64,000 bases of DNA from Candidatus Poribacteria bacterium (GTDB taxonomy: Bacteria > Poribacteria > WGA-4E > WGA-3G). The stretch spans positions 257-64,256 of the forward strand of contig JAPPCZ010000023.1 in NCBI GenBank assembly GCA_028824685.1, written 5' to 3'. Positions 29,337-37,586 of the stretch are shown piece after piece. Numbering within the stretch: the first letter of the stretch is position 1; each line of letters begins with the position of its first letter. The notes beneath the pieces were generated by a model, which made no database searches, had not been told where the DNA came from, and saw nothing but the letters and a program-made list of their open reading frames with translations. Made by a program: the position numbers and the translations under genes.

Positions 29337-31289
29337 ATGGACATAAAAACAGGCACCCGAAAATGTCTTCTCTGGTGCTTTTTTCTATTATCGTTAAACT
29401 TCTCCTCTATGTTCCACGCTGAAGCAGAAGATGTATACAGTCTGTTCGGCAAATTGTTCCTGTCTGGGCGCGTCGAATACGACTTCACAAACAGACGTAA
29501 CTTCCTTGCAGATACAGAGGAAGAACGAGTCAGACAAGACAATTTTGATTTTGACCGCCTCTTTCGGCGTGGCTTCCATAGTGTTTTGGTGATTGAGGAG
29601 ACCGCTGGTAGCGTGAAAAATATCTTGAGTCTTGGTGAAGTGCCAACGACTTTTACAAATTTCACCTTTGATCAGATTGACCTAAACGGCGTCCGTTGGG
29701 AGGTGCGTTCCAACTACACCGATTGGACTATCCTAATGGTACCAGGCACGCTCAATCGACTGAACGGTCAAGAAAGCAACATGGAAGGATCAGGTATCGG
29801 GTTACGCGAAGTTACAAAATTCGGTAAATCGCAGTTAGGACTCTCTTGGTATTTCCGTGAAACACCTGTTTGGGCGGTTGATATGGAAACCAATTTCGCC
29901 AATTATGGATTGAAGGCAGAGGTAGCGGTAACACCAAAAAACGCATTACAGAAAAACTTGCGTTCACGTTTCGACGCAACGACAACCGTGTTCAAAGCAT
30001 TCAGAACCCTTGGAGACACGCTCTTTCAAGCGGAGGCGTTTCGCATCGGTCCACGATTTGATGCCTCCCGCTCTGTCGGCGACAACGATGACCAGGACAG
30101 ATATTCCGATAATACATTTCCTGACCCACCTTCCCTGATTATTCCCGGTGACTTAGATAAAAACAATAACGGTATTTTCGACTACGAGGATGATATTCTG
30201 CTGTTTGATGTTGATGAGGATTTCCTTGATGAAACTGACCGAAACAACAACGGCATACGTGACGAAGAAGAAAACGATCAGGATCCAAATTACGAATTTG
30301 ATGTAGGATTGGAAGGTGTACGGCTTTTCATGAACCAAACAATGAGTCGTGAAAAGAGTGTCATTGACCTGGACCTTGGACTACAAATTGAGAAAAACCT
30401 AAAATTTCGAAATATCCCCACCTCCAGAAAAGCGTTCGTCAACATGATTTACAAGAAACAATTGCCTCGCGCTTCCTCACTTGTTTTTGAAAATGAACTT
30501 AAATTAGTAAAGGACAATATCCCTGACGAAACGTGGTATTATGCAGGATTTTTGGGCAGACAAGATGAAAGAATCTATCGGGCACAACCGGAAACACAAG
30601 AGATGGTGGAGGAAGGAGATCTGCAGTTTTTCTATGTTGATGGCGGAGTTGAAGTCGAAAAACGCCGCCCAGACCCCTTGCTAATGCAGAACGATCTGAT
30701 TAACACTGCCAAAATTACATGGGAATATCACGGTATAGACCGTATGATCACAACGGCTCGTGCCAAGCTGCAATACGATATAGATTTTGACGGTGATAAT
30801 GAACACTACGAAGTCGGCATTTTCAAAACCCTCTACCGACTACGACCTTCCAAGTCGTTGGAAATCAGTCCAATGTTTAAATACACTGTCCGGAACGGTT
30901 TCCGTATGGCAGAAGACCGGTTTGAATACCTAAAACTACAGGGAAGAGTTGACGATAGGGACATTTCACGCGATATCAGATTGCGTCAAATTGAACAAGC
31001 ACATGTGCGTGATATGACTCCGGCGCTTATTCTCAAGGTCGTGTATCAGTTCACAAAAACAATTAAACTCACCGGTGGTGGGCAAATTCTGCTGTTCAAT
31101 GATCTGCTGAAGGATGATAATGATTTCGTCCGCCAAGCTCTATTAGCAGAAATGGAAAAGAGTTTTTTCGCTTATCGAAAGCAGCTTTTTCTACATATCG
31201 GAGCGCGATACATAGACCAGCGAGCGATTGGGGATGTTAACGATCAAAACTTCATGGAAATTTTTGTGCGGGTCTTTGGAAAATTCTAA
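29337..31289 (+). CDS. secreted/outer-membrane protein with Asp-rich calcium-binding loops, paralog of 10619..13984; C-terminal Phe
   Basis: Signal peptide present. Asp-rich segment DLDKNNNGIFDYEDDILLFDVDEDFLDETDRNNNGIRDEEENDQD is homologous to the Asp-rich segment of 10619..13984. Ends ...RVFGKF. Confidence 0.4.
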   Translation: MDIKTGTRKCLLWCFFLLSLNFSSMFHAEAEDVYSLFGKLFLSGRVEYDFTNRRNFLADTEEERVRQDNFDFDRLFRRGFHSVLVIEETAGSVKNILSLGEVPTTFTNFTFDQIDLNGVRWEVRSNYTDWTILMVPGTLNRLNGQESNMEGSGIGLREVTKFGKSQLGLSWYFRETPVWAVDMETNFANYGLKAEVAVTPKNALQKNLRSRFDATTTVFKAFRTLGDTLFQAEAFRIGPRFDASRSVGDNDDQDRYSDNTFPDPPSLIIPGDLDKNNNGIFDYEDDILLFDVDEDFLDETDRNNNGIRDEEENDQDPNYEFDVGLEGVRLFMNQTMSREKSVIDLDLGLQIEKNLKFRNIPTSRKAFVNMIYKKQLPRASSLVFENELKLVKDNIPDETWYYAGFLGRQDERIYRAQPETQEMVEEGDLQFFYVDGGVEVEKRRPDPLLMQNDLINTAKITWEYHGIDRMITTARAKLQYDIDFDGDNEHYEVGIFKTLYRLRPSKSLEISPMFKYTVRNGFRMAEDRFEYLKLQGRVDDRDISRDIRLRQIEQAHVRDMTPALILKVVYQFTKTIKLTGGGQILLFNDLLKDDNDFVRQALLAEMEKSFFAYRKQLFLHIGARYIDQRAIGDVNDQNFMEIFVRVFGKF

Positions 31290-31337
31290 TAAAAAGTGAA
31301 AATAAAAACACGTACATTTCATTGTAGCATTGCTATT

Positions 31338-31658
31338 TTACACGCCTTTGCGTTTAAAGCGAGATAGGATATTTGTAAAAAAAGGTAAATTGGGCTGCTT
31401 TGTTGGTTTTGTGTTATCTATTTCAATCTCAACAAATTCTGCTGTAACATCTGAAGATGTCTGATCAGGCAATTTTGAAGTGGGCTTTGGAACAATTTCT
31501 CCATCTTCTTGTAGACACTCAATATGAAATTTCATTGCATCTGCGATTTCCTCCCGTGTTTCTTCAAGCGTATCGCCTACTGCTACACATACAGGAAGAT
31601 CCGGAACATACGCACTATAATTCATATCGCCTTGTTCAAAAATCACAAGATAACGCAT
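31338..31658 (-). CDS. hicB: HicB-family antitoxin
   Basis: MRYLVIFEQGDMNYSAYVPDLPVCVAVGDTLEETREEIADAMKFHIECLQEDGEIVP matches the HicB/UPF0150 N-terminal domain. Confidence 0.7.
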   Translation of the reverse strand: MRYLVIFEQGDMNYSAYVPDLPVCVAVGDTLEETREEIADAMKFHIECLQEDGEIVPKPTSKLPDQTSSDVTAEFVEIEIDNTKPTKQPNLPFFTNILSRFKRKGV

Positions 31659-31674
31659 TAGTTTAAGTTTCCTT

Positions 31675-31859
31675 TATTGTAAACCTGCTTGTCTAAGAAT
31701 GGAATTTAATGTACGAGGGTGAATATCTTTACCCATTTTGCCCGGAACTGTTACTTTGCCTGATTTTGTTGGGTGTTTAAAATGTCTGTGACTGCCTTTC
31801 GTTCGGTGAGAAACCAACCATCATCTTTAAGTAATTTGATGATTCCTCTAACTTTCATT
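31675..31859 (-). pseudogene. hicA: hicA toxin gene disrupted by a 1-nt frameshift (or sequencing error)
   Basis: Reading the minus strand from the ATG at 31859 gives MKVRGIIKLLKDDGWFLTERK, then a frame shift into GSHRHFKHPTKSGKVTVPGKMGKDIHPRTLNSILRQAGLQ*. Together these cover the full HicA consensus. The break is at an aaagg homopolymer. Confidence 0.6.
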
Positions 31860-32025
31860 GTTGATGTACGAGTTTAACGACTACCGCAGAGGTAATATTA
31901 GAATTTTACTTGAGATATTAAACCACAAAAATTACCAAAAGTCAAAAAATGTCTAAATGAAAATCAATAAGCTGCTTACTACATTTGAAATTTCTGTAAA
32001 ATTACGCATATTTTCGAAAATTAAC

Positions 32026-32054
32026 TTGATATATAGAGTAAATGATACTATTAT
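32026..32054 (+). promoter_or_regulatory. putative sigma70-like promoter (TTGATA-17-TATTAT) upstream of the LamG-tail gene
   Basis: TTGATA at 32026-32031, a 17-nt spacer, then TATTAT. Followed by AATGATACT...CACGTGAGC, a motif also found at 33103-33147. Confidence 0.3.
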
Positions 32055-32197
32055 TCACGTGAGCTTGGAAAAAGATTTAGGGTTCTTATAAAATTTGTAG
32101 AAGGGTTATGCTCAGCTCAACGAATCAAATTCAGTTTGTTCAATCAACAGAGCAACGGCAACATCTGCCGTTGCTGGAACAAGAAAAGGAGTCTAAA

Positions 32198-32974
32198 ATG
32201 TATTATAAAATGTTAGTCATAGCATTTGCTGTTATAGCAACCGTTTTCATGTGTGGAAACATAGCGAAAGCTCAAGTGGTTACGAAAGGTTTAGTTAGCT
32301 ACTGGACCTTTGATAAGGCTGATGTAGATGGTGATACTGTTGAAGACGTTTTTGGTAAACATAATGGCACCATGAAAGGAGACCCCAAAGTAGTTGAAGG
32401 TAAGGTCGGTCAGGCTCTGGAGTTTGATGGTGATGATTATGTGGATTTCGGAGATACCGAGAGCTTGAATATAGATCCGCCACTTACAGTTTCAATGTAC
32501 ATAAATAACAAGGATGCGTCCGCCAGTTTTATATGGCAGGGCGGTGAAAAGAGTGGATCGACTAAGAACTATATTTATGTGAGGGGTGATGGCGGGATGA
32601 ACGTTGGTCAATGGCCTCCTGGCGGTGGAGATCTGAATTCTCCCAAGGGGCTTCTTGAAACGCGGGGTGAATGGTATTACATCACTGCTGTTTTTGATGA
32701 CAAATATCTTCTTTATGTTGATGGATCTTTAGAGGGTGAACTCAAAGCGGAAGTTTATTCAGGTCCGACCCCTACAGCTTGGTTACTTGGAACAAGGCTA
32801 TTCCCTGCTAATGCTGCTTATTACTTCATAGGTCTCGTTGATGAACTTGGTGTTTATGATCGAGCACTAAGCGAAGACGAAATCAACCAGAACATGAATG
32901 CAGGAGGATGGGCTGCTGTCCAACCTGTTAATAAGTTAGCACTCACTTGGGGTGATCTAAAAGCCTCAAGATAA
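32198..32974 (+). CDS. secreted LamG/concanavalin A-like domain protein with C-terminal TWG tail
   Basis: RBS AAGGAG upstream of the ATG at 32198 (MYYKMLVIAFAVIATVFMCGNIAKAQ signal). LamG signature YYFIGLVDELGVYDRAL. Ends KLALTWGDLKASR. Confidence 0.55.
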   Translation: MYYKMLVIAFAVIATVFMCGNIAKAQVVTKGLVSYWTFDKADVDGDTVEDVFGKHNGTMKGDPKVVEGKVGQALEFDGDDYVDFGDTESLNIDPPLTVSMYINNKDASASFIWQGGEKSGSTKNYIYVRGDGGMNVGQWPPGGGDLNSPKGLLETRGEWYYITAVFDDKYLLYVDGSLEGELKAEVYSGPTPTAWLLGTRLFPANAAYYFIGLVDELGVYDRALSEDEINQNMNAGGWAAVQPVNKLALTWGDLKASR

Positions 32975-33044
32975 CCTAATACCATTTCTAAATAATGATA
33001 GGACATTATTTCATAGATCGGTTGTCCGAATGCAATACTCTCTT

Positions 33045-33090
33045 CTGTAGGAGCGACCTCCCGGTCGCGACCAGGAGGTCGCTCCTACAA
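33045..33090. repeat. perfect 46-bp palindrome, MITE family 1 (CTGTAGGAGCGACCTCCCGGTCGCGACCAGGAGGTCGCTCCTACAA)
   Basis: The arm tgtaggagcgacctcc is repeated as an exact reverse complement around the GGTCGCGACC centre. Confidence 0.65.
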
Positions 33091-33251
33091 AGAAACTCAA
33101 AATTGGAATGATACTTTGTCAATTAGAAATGGTATTACACGTGAGCTCTAAATCTTTTTCGAATTCACGTTAATAAAAATAAGCGAATTCCCAAAAATTA
33201 TCTATTTTCTACAAAATTTTCGTAAAAATAACGAACTTTTTCTATTTTAAC

Positions 33252-33310
33252 TTGACAAACATATCTACAGGATATATAATACTATTGTTCCGTATTTAGA
33301 AATAGTATTT
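33252..33310 (+). promoter_or_regulatory. consensus sigma70 promoter (TTGACA-17-TATAAT) with overlapping palindromic operator, upstream of blaI
   Basis: TTGACA at 33252-33257, a 17-nt spacer, TATAAT at 33275-33280. Inverted repeat AATACTATT-N14-AATAGTATT (33279-33310) overlaps the -10 and +1 positions, as expected for an autoregulated BlaI-family repressor. Confidence 0.5.
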
Positions 33311-33412
33311 TAATATAGTATTTCAAGCACTTAATTGAGAACATTCGCGTTGATATTTTGTCTCATAGTTTAAGGAATTTACCCATAACCCTCCAGATGA
33401 GGATAGAATCAG

Positions 33413-33811
33413 ATGAAAAACAATAAATTACACCATTTAGAACTTGAGGTGATGAAAGTGGTGTGGAAACTGACGCGTGCCACAGTCAATGATGTTCTTG
33501 ACAACATTGACCGAAAACTCGCGTATACCACAGTCGCTACTACTATGAAAAGCCTTGAAAAGAAAGGGTTTTTGTCGCATCAAGTGGATGGTCGGACATT
33601 CGTTTACCAGCCTTTAGTCAAAGAAACGGAGATTACACATTCCATGCTCAACGATTTACTTGAACGGCTCTTTGACAATTCGGCAGAAAAACTGGTTAAC
33701 ACGTTACTTGAAGTCCGACAAACCACTCCGTCTGAACTTGACCGTTTACAAAAACTTATCAATGACTACCAACCCGAAGAAATATCTGAAATTCAACATC
33801 ATAAGGAGTAA
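33413..33811 (+). CDS. blaI: BlaI/MecI/CopY-family transcriptional repressor
   Basis: Winged-helix N-terminal region LHHLELEVMKVVWKL...TVNDVLDNI...YTTVATTMKSLEKKGFL. 132 aa. Stop overlaps the RBS of the downstream blaR1-like gene. Confidence 0.8.
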   Translation: MKNNKLHHLELEVMKVVWKLTRATVNDVLDNIDRKLAYTTVATTMKSLEKKGFLSHQVDGRTFVYQPLVKETEITHSMLNDLLERLFDNSAEKLVNTLLEVRQTTPSELDRLQKLINDYQPEEISEIQHHKE

Positions 33812-33814
33812 CCG

Positions 33815-36800
33815 ATGACTAAGCAAATCCTGCTTTCTTTACTTAACTGTTCATGGCAATGGGGATTATTAGGTGGTTTGACATGGCTTATCTCAAGACG
33901 TTTCCGTCGCACAAACAGCACAGCCCATCTGCTTTGGTTGCTGTTTCTACTCAGTTTACCAATTCTATTCGTTTTAAATCAGTTTGTGCCAGCAATTTCA
34001 ATCGGTAACACGGTGACTGAATTACCGAAAGCACAACCTGTAGAGATTTCAGGTTTAGCTGCACAGACTGCAGATATGTCAGAGATTTCATTCACTGAAA
34101 GCAACATGCAATCGCAGGAACGGACGGTTACTGGCAGCCAGTTCTCCTTTAATTGGACTACGACGAATCTAATACTCTGCATCTGGGCTATTGGGACACT
34201 TGCTATGTTAATGCGCGTTGCTCTTGGTTTGTATCGAATCCATCGACTCCATCGCACCGCAACAGTGGCTGATGGTGCATATCAGGCAGTCTGTAAACGC
34301 TTGGCTCAGAAACTGAACATAAATCGTCCGGTCACCGTCTGCTTCTCGGATCGGATAGTATCACCGATTTCATTTGGTTGGTTATCGCCCTACATTCTGA
34401 TTCCAAAAAAGTTAAATCTTGAGCAGTTTGAGTTGGTGGCAGCACACGAATTAGCGCATGTGCAAAGGTTGGATTGGTTAACAAATCTCTTTTCACATCT
34501 GGTTGGTGCTATTTTCTTTTTTCACCCGATTTACCATTTTCTCAACCGAAAACTTGTCCATCTACGGGAACGAATCTGTGATGATTGGGTTATCCAATTG
34601 ACAGGTGCAAGGAAAAATTATGCCCAATGTTTATTAGATATGGTTTACCACAAAGAAAAGTCCATCCCGCTAACTTTGGGGTTGAATCAACCAACACAAT
34701 TAGAATCCCGAATTAACTCCATTTTGAAAAATAATCGACAACTTGACTTGCAACCGAGGCGACGCTTGCGTGTGGTGGCAGTAACCTTACTTTTAACTTG
34801 TCTGCCTTTGCTTGCGATGGCACAGTTGGTCCCGTTGAGAACTGTTCAACTCTCACTATTCGCACAGACACCTCAGGAATCGGAAAAAGCGACTCAAAAA
34901 GTTGAAAAGAAGCGTGGTGAGCAGAAAAAACTTGCTGAAATGAAGGATAAGAAGGAAGACAAGGAAGACAAATCCATAAAGGTTTTGGACCCGTCAGCGT
35001 TTAATAAATCACAAGAAAACCGTCTGTACTCCGGACCGCAACCCGGTGAAAAACTTCCTCCGTTGAAGGTGACTGGCATTTCTGGCGAAATTGATGGCAA
35101 GACATTTGACATTACCACTGAGTCAGATGGGAAACCCCTCGTGTTGTTCTTGCAAGACACCAATGGAGTCGGTATAAAAGGGCTTGTTGGTGTGTCTAAT
35201 CTGCTCCTTAAAATTGATGCGTTCCAAAAAAGACATGGCAAAGCAATAGGTGCCGAAAAATCTAATCAAGGGCTCCAGATAGGTGTTGTGTTACTTGCAG
35301 ACGATCTTGAAACCTTGCCCGAATGGGCTTATAACATGTTAAAAACAGAGATCGCAAGTGATGTATTAACAGGGATATCTCCCGATGGTCGTGAAGGACC
35401 GGGAAGTTATGGACTGAACCGCAACGTAGCACAGACAGTCATTGTTGCTAAAGATGGGAAGGTGCTGCACAATTTTGCTTTCACACAACCGATGCTTTAT
35501 ACCGATCCACATTTCCTCGGTGCCATCGCACAAGCAATTGAAGTAGAACCCGCTACATTGGAAAAGTCGCTGAATAGCGCACAAACAGAACGTTCCGAAA
35601 GAAAGATTGTGAGGACCAGGTTAGTTGGCACAAGGTTTGATGGACTTCGAGATTCCTTTCTGAAACTTCATGATGCTGTCATGAACGGGAAAGTATCAAA
35701 AGAAGAGGCAGCAGAAAAGCTTAAAAAGCTGGGAATCACATGGAAAGAAGGCGAGGCACTTCTCAAGAAAGAACAGAACGGTGATAAGGCAATGGACAGA
35801 AAACAGCAATATGAAAATCGCCGTCAAGTGAGAATAGCGGACCCCAAAAATTTCAGCACATCCCAAGAAAAGCAGATATTTTCCGGACCGCAACCCGGTG
35901 AGAAACTTCCACCATTAAAGGCAACCGGTATAAGCGGTGTAGCAAAAGGTAAAACATTCGATTTTATTGCCAAAGCTGATGGACAACCGCTTGTGCTTCT
36001 GTTGCAAGACGAAAGTGGTGTAGGTTTGCGTGGGTTATACGATATTTCGCGTATGGTTGAAAAAATCTCCAATGAATCTAAGCAAAAACTACAGATGAGC
36101 GTTGTGTTTCTCAGCGATGATCCCGCCGCGTTGAAACAAATCACACGGCATGTACCAGAGAACGTTTTAGTCGGTATTTCTCCGGATGGTCGTGAGGGAC
36201 CAGGGAACTATGGACTGAACCGCAATGTAGCACAGACGATCATTATCGCTAAAGAGGGCAAAGTTCTCCATAACTTTGCCTTCACACAACCTTTGCTCTT
36301 TGCTGATCCACATGTCCTTGGTGCCATAGCAGCTGTAATTCAGGAACAACCAGAAACAGTCGCGAAATGGCTGAACGAAAAACCTGATGAAGACAAACGG
36401 ATGCAGCGTGATAGAGAAAAAATGGAACGCGAAGGGGAACGCGATCCTTCTCCAGAAGAACGCATCAGGCGCGATGGAGACCCAAAGGTGAGTCCTGAAG
36501 GTAGACGAATGGAACGCGAGGACAAACGTGATCCATCCCGAGAAGAACTCGTCAAGCGGTTCGACAAAGATGGCGATGGCAAATTGAATCGAGAAGAAGG
36601 TTTAGCAGCTCGCCGTGCTTTAGCAAATCGAGAGAATCAAAACCGATACCGCAATGCTCGTGTTGATGTAAAAGATCCCGCTGAGTTCAAAAAGACTCAG
36701 AAAAAGGAGCTTTTCTCTGGACCACAACCCGGCGAGACACTCCCAGAATTGAAGGTTAAGGGCATTAACGGTGAAACTAAAGGTAAAACGTATGATGTCA

Positions 36801-37567
36801 TCGCCAAGGCGGACGGACAAGTGCTTGTTCTCTTCCTCCAAGACGAAAGTGGTCTCGGTTTACGTGGGTTAGTTGGTTTTTCACGTTTACTCACTCAAAT
36901 CGCCGAAAAATCTAAACAGACAATGCTTATGAATGCTGTGTTTTTAGGTGACACACCAGATACTTTGGAGAATCAAGCCAGTAAGTTAATCCCGCATATT
37001 TCAAACGGTGTCTTACTCGGTATTTCTCCGGATGGTCGTGAAGGACCGGGCAGCTACGGTCTCAATCGCAGTGTGGCGCAGACAGTCATTGTCGCCAAAG
37101 ATGGAAAAGTGTTACACAACTTTGCTTTCACGCAACCAATGCTCCGTGCCGACCCGCATGTGCTTGGTGCTATCGGAGAAGCAATTGGGATAAAACCTGC
37201 CACGCTGGAAAAATGGTTGAACGCAAAAAATCCTGTAATCGAAATTAAAAACCCTACTGAAGGTGAAAAAACTGGCAAAATGCTCTTAAGCGGAACATTT
37301 GTATTAGACGGAAACGTTGTACACTTAGATGGAACCGTTGTACAGTTTGATGAATTGCTTACGTTCCTCCGTAACTTGCCTGAAGAACAAAAAGCTATGC
37401 TTATTACCCAATCTGGACCAGATGTGCCTCATGCACAGATTGTCAAAGTAATGGATATAGCAAAAGAGGCAGGTATTGATAAAATTGGATTCGGAATTAG
37501 TGGGGCTGAAAAGAAGCGAATGGACCCTGACAAAGCAAAGGAACACCGTAGCAAGGATTCCGATTAG
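33815..37567 (+). CDS. BlaR1-like M56 peptidase-domain membrane sensor fused to three ~280-aa tandem repeat modules, an EF-hand and a C-terminal ExbD/TolR-like segment
   Basis: TM helices then HELAHVQRLDW (M56 HEXXH). Three repeats FSGPQPGE(K/T)LP.LK..GI.G...GKT(F/Y)D...ISPDGREGPGSYGLNRNVAQTVIVAKDGKVLHNFAFTQP, with long near-identical DNA stretches. DKDGDGKLNREE is a canonical EF-hand loop. C-terminal segment VVQFDELLTFLRNL...KVMDIAKEAGIDKIGFG. Confidence 0.7.
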   Translation: MTKQILLSLLNCSWQWGLLGGLTWLISRRFRRTNSTAHLLWLLFLLSLPILFVLNQFVPAISIGNTVTELPKAQPVEISGLAAQTADMSEISFTESNMQSQERTVTGSQFSFNWTTTNLILCIWAIGTLAMLMRVALGLYRIHRLHRTATVADGAYQAVCKRLAQKLNINRPVTVCFSDRIVSPISFGWLSPYILIPKKLNLEQFELVAAHELAHVQRLDWLTNLFSHLVGAIFFFHPIYHFLNRKLVHLRERICDDWVIQLTGARKNYAQCLLDMVYHKEKSIPLTLGLNQPTQLESRINSILKNNRQLDLQPRRRLRVVAVTLLLTCLPLLAMAQLVPLRTVQLSLFAQTPQESEKATQKVEKKRGEQKKLAEMKDKKEDKEDKSIKVLDPSAFNKSQENRLYSGPQPGEKLPPLKVTGISGEIDGKTFDITTESDGKPLVLFLQDTNGVGIKGLVGVSNLLLKIDAFQKRHGKAIGAEKSNQGLQIGVVLLADDLETLPEWAYNMLKTEIASDVLTGISPDGREGPGSYGLNRNVAQTVIVAKDGKVLHNFAFTQPMLYTDPHFLGAIAQAIEVEPATLEKSLNSAQTERSERKIVRTRLVGTRFDGLRDSFLKLHDAVMNGKVSKEEAAEKLKKLGITWKEGEALLKKEQNGDKAMDRKQQYENRRQVRIADPKNFSTSQEKQIFSGPQPGEKLPPLKATGISGVAKGKTFDFIAKADGQPLVLLLQDESGVGLRGLYDISRMVEKISNESKQKLQMSVVFLSDDPAALKQITRHVPENVLVGISPDGREGPGNYGLNRNVAQTIIIAKEGKVLHNFAFTQPLLFADPHVLGAIAAVIQEQPETVAKWLNEKPDEDKRMQRDREKMEREGERDPSPEERIRRDGDPKVSPEGRRMEREDKRDPSREELVKRFDKDGDGKLNREEGLAARRALANRENQNRYRNARVDVKDPAEFKKTQKKELFSGPQPGETLPELKVKGINGETKGKTYDVIAKADGQVLVLFLQDESGLGLRGLVGFSRLLTQIAEKSKQTMLMNAVFLGDTPDTLENQASKLIPHISNGVLLGISPDGREGPGSYGLNRSVAQTVIVAKDGKVLHNFAFTQPMLRADPHVLGAIGEAIGIKPATLEKWLNAKNPVIEIKNPTEGEKTGKMLLSGTFVLDGNVVHLDGTVVQFDELLTFLRNLPEEQKAMLITQSGPDVPHAQIVKVMDIAKEAGIDKIGFGISGAEKKRMDPDKAKEHRSKDSD

Positions 37568-37586
37568 GGTTATAGAGGAGAACATA

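Noticed and set aside
35380-37100. Internal nucleotide repeats in the BlaR1-like gene as a possible mobile element or assembly duplication
   Set aside because: The repeats are in frame and encode a coherent triplicated protein module, so they are reported as a domain triplication. A copy-number assembly error cannot be excluded without reads.
37476-37586. Upstream extension of the DUF1501 ORF that overlaps the BlaR1-like gene
   Set aside because: The in-frame ATG at 37587 has a GAGGAG RBS and starts the Tat signal. The extension has no initiation signal.
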